DNA of 64,000 nt from an uncultured virus (IMG/VR IMGVR_UViG_3300011258_000929) (lineage: Duplodnaviria > Heunggongvirae > Uroviricota > Caudoviricetes), in IMG/VR virus record IMGVR_UViG_3300011258_000929. One strand, written 5' to 3'. The position numbers were made by a program, and so were the translations under genes. The notes below the pieces were generated by a model. The model saw only the letters and a program-made list of their open reading frames with translations. It searched no databases and was not told the origin of the DNA. How positions within the stretch are numbered: the first letter of the stretch is position 1; each line of letters starts with the position of its first letter. Below, one piece after another: positions 61,340 to 64,000 of this stretch.

Positions 61340-61929
61340 ATATATTTGCACTATCAACAGACCCTATAGAATCAGCACAGCAAATGCTAGACAAACATGT
61401 AGTTAAAATGCCAACGGAAAGTTGTCAAATGCTACATACTAATTCCCTTTACTTTTTGTTTTTGGAAAGTCATGGTAGAGAACCTTCATTGAAAGAGTTA
61501 AAAGAGTTTCATAAAGAGTCGCACTTTAACTACTTGATGAAACCCGCTATGCTTAATCATCCTAGTACTATTTGGGCTAGGCAAACTAAAGCAAATTACA
61601 TGTGGCTTTACAATCACGCTATGGCTCTTTGCAAAGAATATACATTTAGATACGGTAAAGTTCATGGAACAGAAAAAAGAGTACAGGATAGTTTTACTTT
61701 TTCTTATGAAGAAGGCGACTTGACTCCTGTATCTATTGCTATGGCTGACATCTACAGACTGCCTAAAGAAAAACACAGTTGGGATTTTGTAATAAAGTCC
61801 TATCGCCACTACTATTTACAAGGTAAGTGGGATTTTGCTTTTTGGAGTAAAAGAAAAGAACCGGAATGGTGGCCCGAAAACCACCGACACAACATGATAA
61901 AAAACAGAAAACCCTTTGGAGGTAATTAA
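61336..61929 (+). CDS. Pyrimidine-dimer DNA glycosylase-like protein
   Basis: MNIF...DKHVVKM..E..QML...NHPSTIW. Confidence 0.75.
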   Translation: MNIFALSTDPIESAQQMLDKHVVKMPTESCQMLHTNSLYFLFLESHGREPSLKELKEFHKESHFNYLMKPAMLNHPSTIWARQTKANYMWLYNHAMALCKEYTFRYGKVHGTEKRVQDSFTFSYEEGDLTPVSIAMADIYRLPKEKHSWDFVIKSYRHYYLQGKWDFAFWSKRKEPEWWPENHRHNMIKNRKPFGGN

Positions 61930-61930
61930 A

Positions 61931-62149
61931 ATGAAATATACAGAAGAAAATTTAGGAAATAAAATAAATTATGATAATGAAAATGGTAGCCACTATGATG
62001 AAAGAATTGTAGAGGTTTACTGCGGAATATGTAGTGCTAGGTTTATTGGCCCTATTAGACAAGCAGGTGGATTCATTGCAGGACATGAAGCGTTTCATGC
62101 TTGGGAATTTAAAATTGCTATGAATGCAGAAGACGGAATGGTGGCTTAA
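61931..62149 (+). CDS. Small Zn-binding protein
   Basis: CGIC...HEAFH. Confidence 0.45.
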   Translation: MKYTEENLGNKINYDNENGSHYDERIVEVYCGICSARFIGPIRQAGGFIAGHEAFHAWEFKIAMNAEDGMVA

Positions 62150-62704
62150 ATGGGTAGAAGTGGAGAATGGTTTTCTAGAACAGAAGAAGAAAGTATTCGT
62201 AGAGCCGAAGCCCATTGGGAATATCAAGAACAAATCGCTACTGCTAGGAACGACATTATTCCTTTCTTGCAGGGTGTTTGGACTAATCTACATCAAGAAT
62301 GGGGTGACGATGCAATACATACTAAAGCAATACAAGAAGCACTATGGAAGGCTTCTACTGAAATGCTTCCTAATTTAGAAGTACAGATAGTAATAGATGC
62401 TAATAATAGAGCGCATATCGCATCCGGTTCTTCCGGCTTTGTAAGTTTCTTGAAACAACCTAAAGGATTGACATTGCCTGTTCGATGTTGGTATCATACT
62501 CATCCTTTTGGTTCGGCTTATTTTAGTGGTACTGATTGGGGTACAGTAATACCTTGGACTCCTAGAATGGAGTGTGCCTATGTTGTTGGCGGTGAAGACC
62601 ATTATGGATATTGGTCTAATGTCCGACCTAATGAATTAGAGATTAAGAAAAAGGATGGTTCTTGGAGTATTCAATACTATGCTAAAGTAGGTGAAGAAGA
62701 ATGA
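62150..62704 (+). CDS. JAB/MPN+ (JAMM) metallopeptidase
   Basis: E...WYHTHPFGSAYFSGTD = E-xn-HxH-x7-S-x2-D. Confidence 0.88.
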   Translation: MGRSGEWFSRTEEESIRRAEAHWEYQEQIATARNDIIPFLQGVWTNLHQEWGDDAIHTKAIQEALWKASTEMLPNLEVQIVIDANNRAHIASGSSGFVSFLKQPKGLTLPVRCWYHTHPFGSAYFSGTDWGTVIPWTPRMECAYVVGGEDHYGYWSNVRPNELEIKKKDGSWSIQYYAKVGEEE

Positions 62705-63227
62705 ATGATGCAACTAAAGCAATACAAAAACTAAGAGAGAAACAAGAACAAATGATGGCAGAAGCACAAAGAATGACTTTGCGCGCTGACAAACTAAAGA
62801 AGGTAGCGGACTTCCAAACGAACTTCCGTGACCGCCGATGGGTTGTTGATGCGCTTGACATAGATGGATTGATTGCTCGCAGTATGGTGCTAAGAGATAC
62901 CGAAAGCGGTATTCTTGTTCGCGCATCTTTTAACATTGACCTTGAGATAATCGCTGACGGCTTTGAACATACTGTCAAGGGTTTCATAGGAGGCGAAGAA
63001 GAATGATTGACACAGACAAATACGAAGGACATGATAATTGGGAAGGCACTAAAGTCAATATGGCTAACGAGGCAAATAAATTACTCATCGCAGACGCACC
63101 ACTTCTCCTTGAAGAAGTCAAGCGGTTGCGTTCAATTGCAGATGATTTGTATGCTTACATTGTAAGTGATGCAGGTATTTCACTAAAGATAATTGAAGAA
63201 CAGATGGATTGGAGAGAGGAAGAATGA
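62701..63227 (+). CDS. Two small hypothetical genes
   Basis: 62701-63006 and 63003-63227, ATGA-coupled. Confidence 0.5.
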
Positions 63228-63265
63228 TTGACACTTTAAATACTGTTAAAGACGGTGGTAAAAAT

Positions 63266-63484
63266 ATGAAAGCGGTTGGAGAATGGGTAGTTATTAAGAA
63301 AGACAAGACAACAAGTGCCTCCGGCATTATCTCGATTGGAGATAACATTGGAGTAGTGCATGATTGTTCTATTGATAAAACCTTGATAGGAAAGAAGGTA
63401 GTGTTCAATGCCGAAGACAAACACTTTACTTATGAAGAATATACCTTTGTAGATTATTCTAAAGTCTATGGGTTGGTTCTATGA
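63266..63484 (+). CDS. groES: Co-chaperonin GroES-like
   Basis: MKAVGEWVVIK...TSASGII mobile loop; adjacent to groEL. Confidence 0.7.
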   Translation: MKAVGEWVVIKKDKTTSASGIISIGDNIGVVHDCSIDKTLIGKKVVFNAEDKHFTYEEYTFVDYSKVYGLVL

Positions 63485-64000
63485 TTCTACATGGAGAAGA
63501 AGCACGAAAGAAAATCCTTGAGGGTATTAATCTAGTGGCAAATACAGTCAAGCCCACTTTAGGGCCACAGGCTAGAACAGCCATACTTCAAGGAAATCCT
63601 CCTGTAGTTATTAATGACGGAGTTACTATCTCTAAATATGTATCTAGCAAAGACCCTTATGTTCAAATGGGTGTTCAACTTGTTCAAAATCTAGCGAGCA
63701 AAGCACAGTCTAAAGCAGGAGACGGCACTACTACCGCATGTGTATTAGCACAGGCTCTTTGTAACAACATGTCCGAAGAAGAACTAAAGAACATAACATC
63801 TACTAGACAGAAACTACAAGAAGACAGAGACACTATCCTAAGAAACTTAGACAAGTATTCTAAACCCGTTAAGGATGAAGACATTGGTAAAATTGCCACG
63901 ATTGCATCAAATAACGATGAAGAACTAGGTTTGATTATTTCGGAAGTATTCAAAGAAGTGGGTAGAGATGGAGTAGTAAGCGTAGAAGAAGGACACGGCT
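63481..64000 (+). CDS. groEL: Group I chaperonin GroEL, truncated by window edge (not in ORF track)
   Basis: MILHGEEARKKILEG...TLGP...NDGVTI...AGDGTTTA...IATIASNND...VGRDGVVSVEEG. Confidence 0.92.
   Translation, partial: MILHGEEARKKILEGINLVANTVKPTLGPQARTAILQGNPPVVINDGVTISKYVSSKDPYVQMGVQLVQNLASKAQSKAGDGTTTACVLAQALCNNMSEEELKNITSTRQKLQEDRDTILRNLDKYSKPVKDEDIGKIATIASNNDEELGLIISEVFKEVGRDGVVSVEEGHG

Noticed and set aside
55110..63227. Recurrent GAGGAATAAAAATG and GAAGAAGAATGA junctions giving EE/EEE C-termini
   Set aside because: Explained by SD sequences and stop/start overlap, not clearly a protein signal
53065..63953. Minus-strand ORFs in the right arm, including 54780-55058
   Set aside because: Antisense to well-supported plus-strand genes or the tRNAs
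1..64000. Integrase, reverse transcriptase/DGR or alternative genetic code
   Set aside because: No such motifs seen; long ORFs read normally in the standard code

Overview
The window is part of an AT-rich tailed dsDNA virus genome with an archaeal host: GAGGTGA/GGTGA Shine-Dalgarno motifs, a TFIIB homologue and a TTTATAAATA box. Gene content and order resemble magroviruses of Marine Group II/Poseidoniales (inference, no database search run). Bases 1-47.5 kb (minus strand) are the morphogenesis module: tail fibre, tail tip, tape measure, frameshifted tail chaperone, tail tube, neck, HK97-type capsid, prohead protease-scaffold, ATP-dependent DNA ligase, portal and terminase. Bases 47.6-51.2 kb hold small minus-strand genes with repeated palindromes. 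Bases 51.3-51.9 kb are a non-coding strand switch with iteron-like repeats. Bases 51.9-64 kb (plus strand) encode a UvrD helicase, two tRNAs, TFIIB, a pyrimidine-dimer glycosylase and GroES/GroEL. Three candidate systems stand out. (1) About 19 otherwise unrelated proteins share an N-terminal M-x-W-x-x-I-[LI]-K tag that also ends the protease-scaffold, suggesting a capsid cargo-loading code; several sit in repeat-bounded cassette arrays. (2) A virus-encoded ubiquitin-like set: Ubl ending GG-HY, a ThiF/E1 and a JAB/MPN protease. (3) An Arf/Sar-like small GTPase operon with membrane proteins and a WW-like protein inside the structural module. All functional calls come from motif recognition by eye.
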